From Octopus sinensis (taxonomy: Eukaryota), in assembly GCF_006345805.1 (NCBI RefSeq), contig NC_043010.1:17732001-17796000 (forward strand): a DNA stretch of 64,000 bases, given 5' to 3'. The notes under the pieces were generated by a model. The model saw only the letters and a list, made by a program, of their open reading frames with translations. It ran no database searches and had not been told where the DNA came from. This document shows, piece after piece, positions 13,110 to 24,385 of the stretch (position 1 is its first letter; each line of letters begins with the position of its first letter). Both the position numbers and the translations under genes were made by a program.

Positions 13110-14279
13110 CTGAGGAAGATAAGAAATTTGACAGAGATGATCTCATAGAATATAGTCAAAGCAAGAATTTCAAAAAATAGCTACAGAATATAGAAACAAT
13201 TATAGCGATGGAGAATCATCATCATCGTTTGAAAATCTAGTTTTGCATGGGTCAGATAAGAATAAGTTGGGGTAGAGTTTTCTACAGTCAGACGCCCCCC
13301 ACCCCACCAGTGTAGAGAGTGAAAACAACCCCGACAAGGTTACACAAGAAACTGGAAATGAACGACACCTGTTGGATGAGCTTTTTATTTACAAGACTGC
13401 ACAACATGCCAAGGACGCTGGATATGCTTTTGTGGTCAACTGGAAGAGAGGCCACTGCTTACAAACAGCAAACAACATACAAAGATGAGGAGAAATATGA
13501 GTGTGCATGCACACCACAGGTTTCTTTCAGTTTCCATCAACAAATCTACTGACAACACTGATCGATCCAGGGATATAGAAGACACCCTGCTCAAAGTACC
13601 ATGCAGTGGGACTGAACCTAAAACTATGTGGTTTGGAAGCAAACTTCTTAAGTACACAGTCCTGCCTACCACCTTCTGTACTTTCCCCAATTAGTATTTC
13701 TATTTAACTAAATGAATTGAGTGACCCGAATGAAGCTGACAGCAGAAGCAGCACCAAGTTAAGAAGGTTAATATGCAGAAAAAATTCAAAGAAAAGCAGT
13801 CATAATAATAATAATAATAATAATATTAATAATAATAATAAGGTTTGAAATTTTGCCACAAAGGCAGCAATTTTGGGGTTGGGATGAGTCGATTACATCA
13901 CCCCCAGTGTTCAAATAGTACTTCTTTTATTGACCCCGAAAGGTAAAGTCGACCTCAAGCAGAATTTGAACTCAGAACGTGAAAACAGACAAAATACCAT
14001 TAAGCATTTTGCCCAACATGCTAACAATTCTGCCAGTAAACCCAAGGGCTGCATCATGCTCTGCTCTCTGCTTTGATACGATTTCTAAGGTTGGACGATC
14101 TTCCTAATGCCAACCACTTTACGGAGAGTACAGGGTGCGTTCTTGTGACACCAGCACAAATGATGCCAACAAGTACTTATAAGACAAGAACCTTGCTGCT
14201 GAGAGGGGTACAGTCTCAGAGGATATGAAAGTATGATAAGAGTGTGTGTGTGTGTGAATGGATTTAGAAGGGGCTGGTC

Positions 14280-15655
14280 AATAATTGCTCAAATCCTCTC
14301 CATCCATCGCATACTGAAAGAAATGGAAAAGTTTAACAAGAGCATCACAATCTGTTTTGTTGACATTCGTAAAGCATTTGATTCCATCAGCAGAGATCTT
14401 ATGTTTAAAATCCTTGCACTCTGTGGTATTCCTCCCAAGATTGTTGATGCTATCAGAGCGCTGTACACAGACTCCACTGCCACAGTTATATCTCCCGATG
14501 GAGAGACTGATTTTTTTGGAATTGAAGCAGGTGTTCTGCAGGGTGACACACTCGCTCCTTTCTTGTTCACCATTGTTCTCGACTATGTTCTATGCATTTC
14601 CCTAGACGATATGAAGGAAAAGGAGCTCCTTTTGAAACCCCGTCAGAGCAGTTGGCATTGTGTATAATATTTAACTGATCTTGACTTTGCTGACAATCTT
14701 GCCTTGATATCCCTTTGTATTAGATATGCAGAATCTTTGTTACAAGCGCTGGAGAAAGAAGCAAACCAGGTCGACCTTTGCTGCAACGAGAGTAAGACAG
14801 AGTTTATCAAGACCTCCTCCAATAATAGATCAATCAAAAACGTTGACGACTTCAGATATCTTGGATCACACATAGTTGACTCCCAAAAGGAGTTTTGCAT
14901 CTGCAAAGCTCTTGCTTGGGATGCATGCAACAGACTTGATAAGATCTGGCACTCAAGCCTTCCACACACGTTCAAAGTTAAAATATTTAGAAACACTAAA
15001 GATGTCGAGCTGGCAGAACCGTTAGCACGTCGGGCAAAATGTGTAGCCGTATTTTATCTGCTGTTATGTTCCGTGTTCAAATTCTGCAGAGGTCGACTTT
15101 GCCTTTCATACTTTCGGGGTCGATAAATCAAGTACAAGTTACACACTGGGGTCGATGTAATCAACTTAATTCGTTTGTCTGTCTTTGTTTGTCCCCTCTA
15201 TGTTTAGCCCCTTGTGAGTAATAAAGAAACATATTTAGAAACACTGATTGAGCCGGTCCTTGTCTATGAATCACGTCTCTTAGAAAAACAACTAGATGGA
15301 ACATATACCAAACTGCTCAGAAAGATACAGAACATCATTTGGAGATCACACCCAACACTTAGTCACATCTATGGAAATCTAACACCAATATCCCTCAAGC
15401 TAAAACAGAAATGGCTACAATTTGCTGACCGTTGTCATTGAGCAGAGAAGGAGGTTATCTCATTCCTGTCCTGTGGTGTTCCCCTGGAAGTGGTTTTCTC
15501 CAGGAAACTGACATTTCCAGATACTATATCTCAGGACAGAGAGGTGGCTATTAAAGGTCTGAACACAACACTGCAGGACCGTGTAGTGTGGAAAGGGATT
15601 GTCAATGGAGTCCTAACCAACCATAAGTTGGTCAAAGGATGATGATGACGATGAT
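14280..15655 (+). mobile_element. Second decayed RTE-type LINE (RT fragment) interrupted by a SINE
   Basis: CFVDIRKAFDSISR, GVLQGDTLAPFLF, LDFADNL, DFRYLGS; (GAT)n tail at about 15640; family B SINE at about 15003-15230. Confidence 0.85.
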
Positions 15656-15952
15656 GTGGGCCTGTGTGTGTTGCTGAAGAGACACACACACACACGTATA
15701 TATGTATGCATGCAATCATGTATGTGTTTCATGGTGTTATGGCATGTAACAAATCCCAAAACAGTAGAATTCCAATCCAAAACTCCATCATTAACAAACA
15801 TAGATCTGCTAACTAAACTTTTTGTATTGTACTTATAGCTTAATTTACTATCAACAGGATAATATGAGAGAAAAGATATTCTATATCAGCAACAAGATAC
15901 AAGAAAGATATCAACTTGAATGAATTTCAAAGACTATCACCAATTAATTTAC

Positions 15953-16078
15953 CTGACTTTTTTGGTGGTGTACTAGATTTTGTCGGTTGTTGAATGGGTG
16001 TCGTTTGTTTGACTGGACTGGACTTGCGAGTCTCAATTCCTCCATCTTGTAATGTTAACAATGCGCTACTTGCTTGAA
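15953..16078 (-). CDS. C2orf42: C2orf42 coding exon 4
   Basis: attccag|TTCAA...TCAG|gtaaat, 126 nt, phase 1/1. VQASSALLTLQDGGIETRKS resembles human AQMNSSLLPQDAVSSNLRKS. Confidence 0.82.
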
Positions 16079-16785
16079 CTGGAATCATAAAAATATAGAA
16101 ATTGTTGGTGTGAGGACATTGGCCAACTATAATAAGAAACTAAATACAAAGGTCATTGGTAGTCATTCTTAGGCATCATGCCCACTTTATTCCCCCTGTA
16201 CTACTTATGCCCCCCAACCGCTGTTCCCTGTGGGTAGGCCCCAATACATCTCCAACACCGGCTCTCTCTCTCTCTCTCCTTTTAACATAATCTAACCTCT
16301 CGCATGGCACACAGCCACTTCCCTCGGTTCCACTCCCTCACTCAGTCTTGCAAGCTAATTGGTGACTCCAGTGGTGCTGGTGCCACATAAAAAAGCACCC
16401 AGTCCACACTCTGTAAAGTGGTTGGCATAAGGAAAGGCATCCAGCCATAGAAACCATGCCAAAACAGAGAATTGGAGCCTGGTGATGCTCTCTGGCTTGC
16501 TGTTAACTGTCAAACTGACCAACCCATGCTGGCATGGAAAACAGACAATAAATGATGATGATGAACTAAAGACAGGACACAACTTATGATGGAAAATTTA
16601 GCCATCAAATGAATGGTTTTACTTAAAGAAACTGGTTTCAAGTTTTTGAAGTTTTTCAGGTTAAGTGAAGGTTTAGGCCAAACAGGATTGAGTTCTGAAG
16701 TAACATTGAGTGGATATGGAAGTTATTAAAGAGTTTGACCTGCAAAGAATTTAGTAGGACATTTTGGATTAAGTGTTAGTAACAA

Positions 16786-17332
16786 TTAACCCTTTAGAAT
16801 TTAAACCAGCCATATCCAGCCAAAATATCCTACCTGTTTTTATGCTCAAACCAGCCAGATCTGACCTCTTACACTTACCCTACAACATCATTCTAGCACC
16901 AAAACAATTTGAATAAAATCCAGCTAAAAAAGGAAATCCATACAACACTGTATTTGAAATATTAACAATGATAGTAAAAGGTAAATTATATCCACCTCCT
17001 TTAATATTTTGAATATCCTGAGCCCCACGACAACTATGAATAACATTACCCTCACATAAAGAACAATACAGCCTCAAATATAGCACGTCTATAGGAATGA
17101 AATAAAAACAGATTAAGTAATTTTATTCCCAACGATGATATCACCACTCCGAATTGCCTCAAAGTAGATGAGGCAATAATCTTTTTTTAAATCCGATTCA
17201 TAAATAGCACACAAACCCCAATGTGAAAATAGTTATAATAGTTGAGTACTTTTAGCACTTGTATATGATTAATTCAAAACAATGTGGATAAGCGTTACAT
17301 TTGACCGAATAAACTGAATGCTAAAGGGTTAA
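16786..17332. mobile_element. TTAA-flanked MITE (piggyBac-like) carrying an internal ~350-bp insert
   Basis: TTAA-CCCTTTAG...CTAAAGGG-TTAA. Internal 16910-17263 recurs at 18622-18958. Confidence 0.7.
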
Positions 17333-17794
17333 ATGTTTGTATTGAAATGTTACTTGGTTACTACAAACACATTGCTCAATTTGTGTGTGGAGGGACTTAA
17401 TAAAAGATGTAGAGGTGTTGGGGTTGTAGCAAGAGATAGGCACTAGGGACAGATATGGGAGTAATACTCCCATTATGGGTATGCCCTGGACCTTGTAGAA
17501 TATCAGCAGCTGTAGGAGTCTGAAATATCTCTGGGCCCTAAAAAAAAAAAGGTTGGGTTAGTCTTTAGAATGCTGTCCTAGCTATACTTTTGCCAGGAGG
17601 AAATTTACAGCAATTGTGAGGGTTTTAGTTGAGTGTCACTCATACTTAGAGAGAGTGCTGGGCTATGGGGTTTCTTGAAATGAGTAGCACTCAAGTTTTT
17701 ATTTTGATCTTTTATTATAATCATCACATCAACTTAATTTGAGGAAATTAATGGAGAAACAGAGGAATAAAAAAGGAAAAGTGTACAAGCTCAC

Positions 17795-17944
17795 CAAGCA
17801 TGTCATCCTTGCGTAGCTTTTTAGCTGCCGGCCCTAATAAATGTTCGCCAGTGACCACCACTTCTAATGTGGTGGTATCACTTGGTGTAATACTATTCTC
17901 AGTTGATGGTTGGTAAATTGTGATCAAATTATCTGCTGCAGGAG
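17795..17944 (-). CDS. C2orf42: C2orf42 coding exon 3 (low-complexity linker)
   Basis: tctccag|CTCCT...CTTG|gtgagc, 150 nt, phase 1/1. Ends AAKKLRKDDML (human KSKKRRKDEV). An in-frame alternative acceptor 9 nt inside is possible. Confidence 0.85.
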
Positions 17945-18045
17945 CTGGAGACAAACAACAACAAAATGTTAACTTTATTAAAAATAAATCAGCATACTTT
18001 GTAATATAAATTCTCTAAACAATACTCCCATTCATAAAATTAATA

Positions 18046-18436
18046 TAGGTGCAGGAGTGGTTGTGTGGTAAGTAGCTTGCTTACCAACCACATGGTTCCA
18101 GGTTCAGTCCCACTGCGTGGAATCTTGGGCAAATGTATTCTACTATAGCCTCGGGCTGACCAAAGCCTTGTGAGAGGATTTGGTAGACGGAAACTGAAAG
18201 AAGCCCGTCGTATATATGTGTGTGCGTGTATGTTTGTGTTTCTGCGTTTGTCCCACGAGCATTGCTTGACAACCGATGCTGGTGTGTTTATGTCCCCATC
18301 ACTTAGCGGTTCAGCAAAAGAGACCGATAGAATAAGTATTGGGCTTACAAAGAATAAGTCCCGGGATCGATTTGCTCGACTAAAGGCAGTGCTCCAGCAT
18401 GGCCGCAGTCAAATGACTGAAACAAGTAAAAGAGTA
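18046..18436 (+). mobile_element. tRNA-derived SINE family A (full length)
   Basis: ATAGGTGCAGGAGTGGTTGTGTGGTAAG...GGTTCAGTCCC head; AAGTAAAAGAGTAAAGAG tail. Further plus copies at about 21860-22205, 29953-30337, 38995-39395, 40893-41265 and 52228-52600. Confidence 0.85.
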
Positions 18437-19810
18437 AAGAGTATACAATAACAAAAAAATCATCATCCTTTATATTTTCATAAACTACACTCTTTATTCA
18501 CACACACACTATAGACATTTGCATCGAATATAGTATAGTTAAGCACAGCCCAAACATAACAATCAGCCTGTTCAATAAATAAATTTATGCCCCTACTTAA
18601 TAAAGCCCCCAATAATTAAACTGAATAAAATCCAGCTAAAAAAGGAAATCCATACAACACTGTATTTGAAATATTAATAATGATAGTAAAAGGTAAATTA
18701 TAACCGACTCCTTTAATATTTTGAATATCCTGAGCCCCACGACAACTATGAATAACAATACCCTCACATAAAGAACAATACAGCCTTAAGTATGGCACGA
18801 TTATAGGAATGAAATAAAGACAGATTAAGTAATTTTATTCCCAACGACAATATCACCACTCCGAATTGCCTCAAAGTAGATAAGGCAATAATCTTTTTTT
18901 AAATCCAACTCATAAATAGCACACTAGCCCCAATGTGAAAATAGTTTTAGCACTTGTACATCTGTTACTGGCACTCCATTGGTTATGACAACAAGGGTTC
19001 CAAGTGATTCTTTGATCAATGGAACAGCCTGCTTGGGAAATTTACGTGCATGTGGCTGAGAATTCCACAGACAAGTGTACCCTTAACGTAGTTCTCAGAG
19101 GGAGGTTCAGCATGACACAGAGTGTGAAAAGGCTGGCCCCTTTGAAATACAGGTACTACTCATTTTTGCCAGCTGGAGCAATGTGAAATGAAGTGTCTTG
19201 CTCAAGGACACAACATGTCACCAGGAATTGAACTCATGACCTCACAACTGTGAACTGAAAACCCTAATCAGAAAACCACATGCCTTCACTTATACATCAG
19301 TGACACTCTTTTACAACTGCCATGCAATGCGAAAACATGGGAACACAAACATACACAGGTTTACATATCTGAATAAAGAAATTTTTTCAAATAAAAATTA
19401 ATTACACAAAAAAAAAAAAAAAAAAAAAAAAACAGAGTGACATGAACATTTTAGAAAGTTTGTTTTTACAAACCTATGTTATGGGATAATCTACATAGGG
19501 GAACCACTGTCATACCAATTATCCCATAACACGCCATGCAGCGGGACCGAACTTGGAACTATGAGGTTGGGAAGCAAACTTCTTACCCACACAGCCATGT
19601 CTGTGCCTGCATACATGTGATTATGTATTGGAGACAATACTCGTCAACCTCGCCCAATCAGTCTTTTATTACTCAACCCAACAATAAAATGTCGGCCATA
19701 AAACATTAAAACACAAATCTTGACCCCAATTACATTTTCAGCTATTTTAAACCATGGGACAAAATTATGAAAGCAAAAACTTTAGAAACAATTTTATTAT
19801 GAGTTTTCCC

Positions 19811-20209
19811 GGATCTTTTCGGTTTGAACGGCAGTTTTTTCTAGCAGTGTCATATGAAATTGTCGTCCATAATTATGACCCTAGTATCGATCTATTGCAT
19901 TTCAATCTGTTTTAGGGTTAGGGGTGGGGGGAAGGGTATCTTTTTTTCTTCATAAATGTAAATAAACCCAATCTGTTTCTTAAACGAGGGACATATTCAT
20001 ACGGCACAGAATGTTGTTTACCTCAATGGACATCAGTGATTGATTGAAATTGCAGAAAAAGAACAAATATCTTACAAACTATAGAATTTTCTCAATAAAC
20101 CCAAGAGAAAAAAATGTTTTATAAACACATTCTATCAGTATACAAAGTTTAAAATTTTTTAGTTACCTAGAAATTATGTTAAAAACTGCCGTTCAAACCG
20201 AAAAGATCC
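19811..20209 (-). mobile_element. MITE (Merlin-like), copy 2, inverted relative to copy 1
   Basis: Same TIR; perfect TSD GTTTTCCC at 19803-19810 and 20210-20217. The body is the reverse complement of 12371-12783. Confidence 0.85.
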
Positions 20210-20283
20210 GTTTTCCCTTTAAAATCACAATGTTTCCTTTAATATAACCAAAGGAAAGCCAGGGAAGCAATACTTACACTCAC

Positions 20284-20416
20284 TTGTAGAATCTATATTT
20301 ATGTAATATGCAAACTCTTCAGCAAGTTTATCATCACTGGCAAATGCACAGATGCAAGCATAAAAGTGTACACATCTTTTGGGACTGTCATCTTTTGCCA
20401 AACCAATTTTGTAATT
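20284..20416 (-). CDS. C2orf42: C2orf42 coding exon 2
   Basis: cttcag|AAT...ACA A|gtgagt, 133 nt. [35 protein letters not shown] matches human [22 protein letters not shown]. Confidence 0.93.
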
Positions 20417-21117
20417 CTGAAGTAAAAGAAAAAAAAAAAAAATTATTTTTCTGTTTTCCAGATACTATTTTATTTAAATAGTGGATTATTGCACAAGTTA
20501 AAATGTTTTCATTGTTGCTTGACTAGGAGGAACAGACAGCAAACAATGTCCTTCCTTTTTTTTTTCTTTACTTTTAGCACAATTCACTTGCAAACGGGGT
20601 TTCACCAAGAGAATAAACATTTCTTACATTAACACAATACATACACACATGCATACAAATACATAGGTTTTGTTTTGGAACTGGATCTCAAAGCATAAAA
20701 AGCTATACATAATAGCATGTAAATCATCATCAACATCATTTAACATCCATTTTCCATGCTGGCGTGGGTTGGACGGTTTGATAGGAGCTAACAAGGCCAG
20801 GAGCAGCACCAGGTTCCATTGTTCTGATATAATTTCTATGGCTAGATGCCTTTCCTAATGCCAACCACTTTACAGAGTGTACTAGGAGCATTTTCCAGGT
20901 TGAAAATGCCTTTTGAATAGAAAAACTTGAAGGCTACCCATGGGACTTCAAGCTACACCTCCTGTAGACATGACAGGCTTTCTACCACTGGACCAAAGCA
21001 TCCTTCAACTTTATCCACACTAGAAACTTCAATCTTACCAGCAAGAGTTATAAAAAATTCATTTTCATATCAAGCTATACATAAACACAACAATGAACAG
21101 AGCAATTACTAATACAT

Positions 21118-21790
21118 CATCTTCATCATCATCATCATTTAATGTCCGCTTTCCATGCTAGCATGGGTTGGACAATTTGACTGAGGACTGGCAAACCAGA
21201 TGGCTGCACCAGGCTCCAATCTGATCTGGCAGAGTTTCTACAGCTGGATGCCCTTCCTAACACCAATCACTCTGAGTGTGGTGGGTGCTTTTACGTGCCA
21301 CCAGCACAGGGGCCAGTCAGGCGGTACTGGCAATGGCCACGCTTGAATGGTACTTTTTACGTTCCACTGGCATGGAAGCCAGTCAGCTGCTCTGACAACG
21401 ATCACGCTCAGTTGGTGCTCTTATCACTCCACTAGCATGATGCCAGTCATTGAATTTGATTTCAATTTCACTTGCCTCAACAGGTCTTCGTAAGCAGAGT
21501 TTAGTGTCCAATGAAGGAAAGGTATGCGTAAGTGGGCTGGTTACACTCCTGGCATAGGCCACGGGTTATGGTCTCACTTGGCTTGCCAGGTCTTCTCAAG
21601 CACAGCATATTTCCAAAGGTTTCGGTCACTAGCCATTGCCTCAGTGAGGCCTAATGTTCGAAGGTCGTGCTTCACCACCTCATCCCAGGTCTTCCTGGGT
21701 CTACCTCTTCCACAGGTTCTCTCAAGCAGTAGTGTGTGACACTTTTTCATACATCTACCCTCATCCATTCTCACCACATGACCATACCAG
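21118..21790 (-). mobile_element. RTE LINE 3' fragment (ORF2 C-terminus + 3' UTR)
   Basis: WYGHVVRMDE...CGRGRPRKTWDEVVKHDL and a (GAT)n tail. Shorter tails recur at about 10232, 16170, 20710, 28655, 32363, 36612-37255, 42655, 50420, 52737 and 54030. Confidence 0.85.
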
Positions 21791-22211
21791 TGCAGTAGAA
21801 AAGAACAATGACTCTGAAATTGTGGATCTGCCAACCTTCTCCAGACTATACATACACAACATAGGTGCAGATATAGCTGTATGGTAAGAAGTTTGCTTCC
21901 CAACCACATAGTTCCAGGTTCAGTCCCACTGTGTGACACCTTGGGCAAGTGGTTTCTACTATAGTCTTGAGCCAACCAAATCCCTGAGTGGCCTTGGTAG
22001 ACAGAAACTGAAAACATCATGTGTGTCTTTGTGTCAGTGATTGTCCCCCACAACTGCCTGACAAATGGTCTTGGTGTGTTTAACACCCTATAACTTAGCA
22101 GTTCAGCAGAAGGAGCCAATAGAAGAACTATCAGGTTTAGAAAAACAGGACTGGAATTGATTCATTTGGCTAAAATTTCTTCGAAGTAGTGCCTTAGTAT
22201 GGCAAGATAAC

Positions 22212-22248
<37 letters not shown>

Positions 22249-22282
22249 CATCATCATCGTTTAACATCAGTTCTCCATGCTA

Positions 22283-22316
<34 letters not shown>

Positions 22317-22571
22317 CAAGAGAGAAGATGGAGATAAGATTAATAAAAGTTTATTAACACATTGACAAGACCAGACCTACAATTGTTTCAATTCATCACT
22401 TGCAGCATAAAATCAACCAAATTTAATTTAACTGAATCAATTTAGTTAATTACTACAAGTGATAGTATCTTCAGGGAAGGACATACAAAGAAATTTATCA
22501 TATTGTTTTAAAATATGTCTTGTTAATGTGTTTATAAACTTTTATTAATCTTATCGCCATCTTATCTCTTG
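22317..22571 (-). repeat. Foldback (55-bp arms) enclosing a hammerhead-like core
   Basis: Arms 22317-22371 and 22517-22571 are reverse complements. The minus-strand loop has CTGAAGA (22474-22468), an 11-bp stem II and GAAAC-AATT-GTA. Confidence 0.7.
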
Positions 22572-22689
22572 GATTTTAATAATATTAATAATATATATGT
22601 ATGTGTCTATATTGTTAGGTATTCAACCAGTTTGATCAAGGATACTTTTATCACTCCAAGGTTTATATCCTCACCTGTACTTTGATATA

Positions 22690-23625
22690 TATATATATAT
22701 ATAAGACTTGAACTAGAGAAGTTGCAGGCATGAAAGCATGGTCGAAAATCAAAGGGCCTTAGAGTTAGCCTAGCAAAAACCAAAGTCTTAGTAAGTAGAA
22801 AGGTAGACAAATAACAAGTCTCTTCAGGTAGATGGCCTTGCTCACTCTTTAGAAAAGGTGTAGGCAGAAACTCCATAAGATGCACCCAGTGTAAGCTTTG
22901 GACACATAAAAGGTGCAGCAATATCAGAAGAAAGTTAAGGCACTGAGCTGACAGAAACATTAGCACACCAGGCAAAATGCTTAGCAGTATTTCATCTGTC
23001 TTTACGTTCTGAGTTCAAATTCCGCTGAGGTTGACTTTGCCATTCATCCTTTCGGGATCGATAAATTAAGTACCAGTTGCATACTGGGATGCCTGAAGTA
23101 CCATTTGCATACTGAGGTGCCTGAAGTAGAAAAGAATAGCAGAGGAAGGTTAACAGGGAAACTAGCTGTTGTACATAGACGGTGCACAGGTACAATAAAT
23201 GCTGAAAATGCGCAGAAAATAGACTCCATCAACTCCATGGGAACAAGCTAGAGGTAGTAGATAGTTTCCGTTATCTAGGTGACCAAGTTAGGATTGGAGG
23301 TGGATGCTCCAAGAGTGTAGCGGTGAGAATAAAATTAGGCTGGGCAAAGTTCAGAGAGCTCCTACCCCTGCTGGCAACAAAGGACCTCTCACTCGGAGCA
23401 AAAGGCAGATTGTTTGATGCCCGTGTGCAAGCAGCTACGCTGCATGGCAGTGAAACATAGGCTGTGACAGGCGAGGACATGTATGGGCTTGAGAGAAATG
23501 AAGCCAGTATGCTTCACTGGATGTCCAATGTCAGTGTGTGTGTCCGACGGAGTGTAAGCATGTTGAGAGAAAAGTTAAGCATAAGAGGAATCAGATGTGG
23601 TGTGCAAAAGAGACATATTTCACAG
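22690..23625 (+). mobile_element. RTE LINE internal fragment split by a family B SINE
   Basis: Matches about 1090-1710 of the first LINE (KTKVL, WPC, RNSIRCTQCKLWTHKRCS, FRYLGD). The SINE is flanked by imperfect GAAGAAAGTTAA/GAGGAAGGTTAA duplications. Confidence 0.85.
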
Positions 23626-23698
23626 AAATTTTTTGAGCATATCAAATAAATGTGCAGAATATTTTTGTTGATAAAAATTTGAAATGTTCCAAACTTAC

Positions 23699-24385
23699 TT
23701 TGAAAGCTTTACAACTGCACTGGAATTTATGTTCTGGTTGAGTTCGGTTCCGGCTAGTTTCAAAAAACGCAAAATGTAAAAATCCCAATGGTTGTTTACG
23801 ATTCACTTTGCACTTAACCACCATTATATTTTTGGTGACACGCTGGACAAGAGGTCCAGTAATCTCGGTAGCCATAACCCATATTTCTTGTTTGGTCTCA
23901 TTTGTTACCTGAAGAGAATTCAAGGCAGAATTTTTTAAAATAAGTGGAACAGCCTCTTCATCACATTCTATAGCAGCTTTGATATGTGTACACGTTTGGT
24001 CCACAGTGTACTGTGTGTTCCGACAACAACTGTCAACATAGCAACGGGACGTTTCTAACAACATACTTGGATTGACTTCAGAGGCTGGATTGCCTTCAAT
24101 GTCTTGAACAAAAGGTAACTGTACAAATCCCCGGTAATCGGGGCCACGATCACGAAGTCTTACAGAGAACACTTGCATTGTTGAACCAGTAATGATTCGA
24201 ACAGCATCAGCACTGTGGCCACGCTTTCTTTCCTTTTCTTTAAAAACAACATCACAAGCTTTGTTTTTGCAGCTGATGCCACGTGTGCCATTGTACGTCC
24301 CACATTTAGGGCACTTACGAACCCCACGCAATGTAGGTTTACCAAGGTCCTCAAACAATGCCTTCAGTTTCTCAGCTGTGGTCAT
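23699..24385 (-). CDS. C2orf42: C2orf42 orthologue, coding exon 1 (start ATG; 229 codons; treble-clef Zn finger region)
   Basis: Translates [44 protein letters not shown]...QCSCKAFK, matching recalled human C2orf42 ([32 protein letters not shown]). Acceptor tttctag 37 nt upstream of the ATG (exon starts 24422); donor GTAAGT after 23699, phase 0. Confidence 0.93.
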
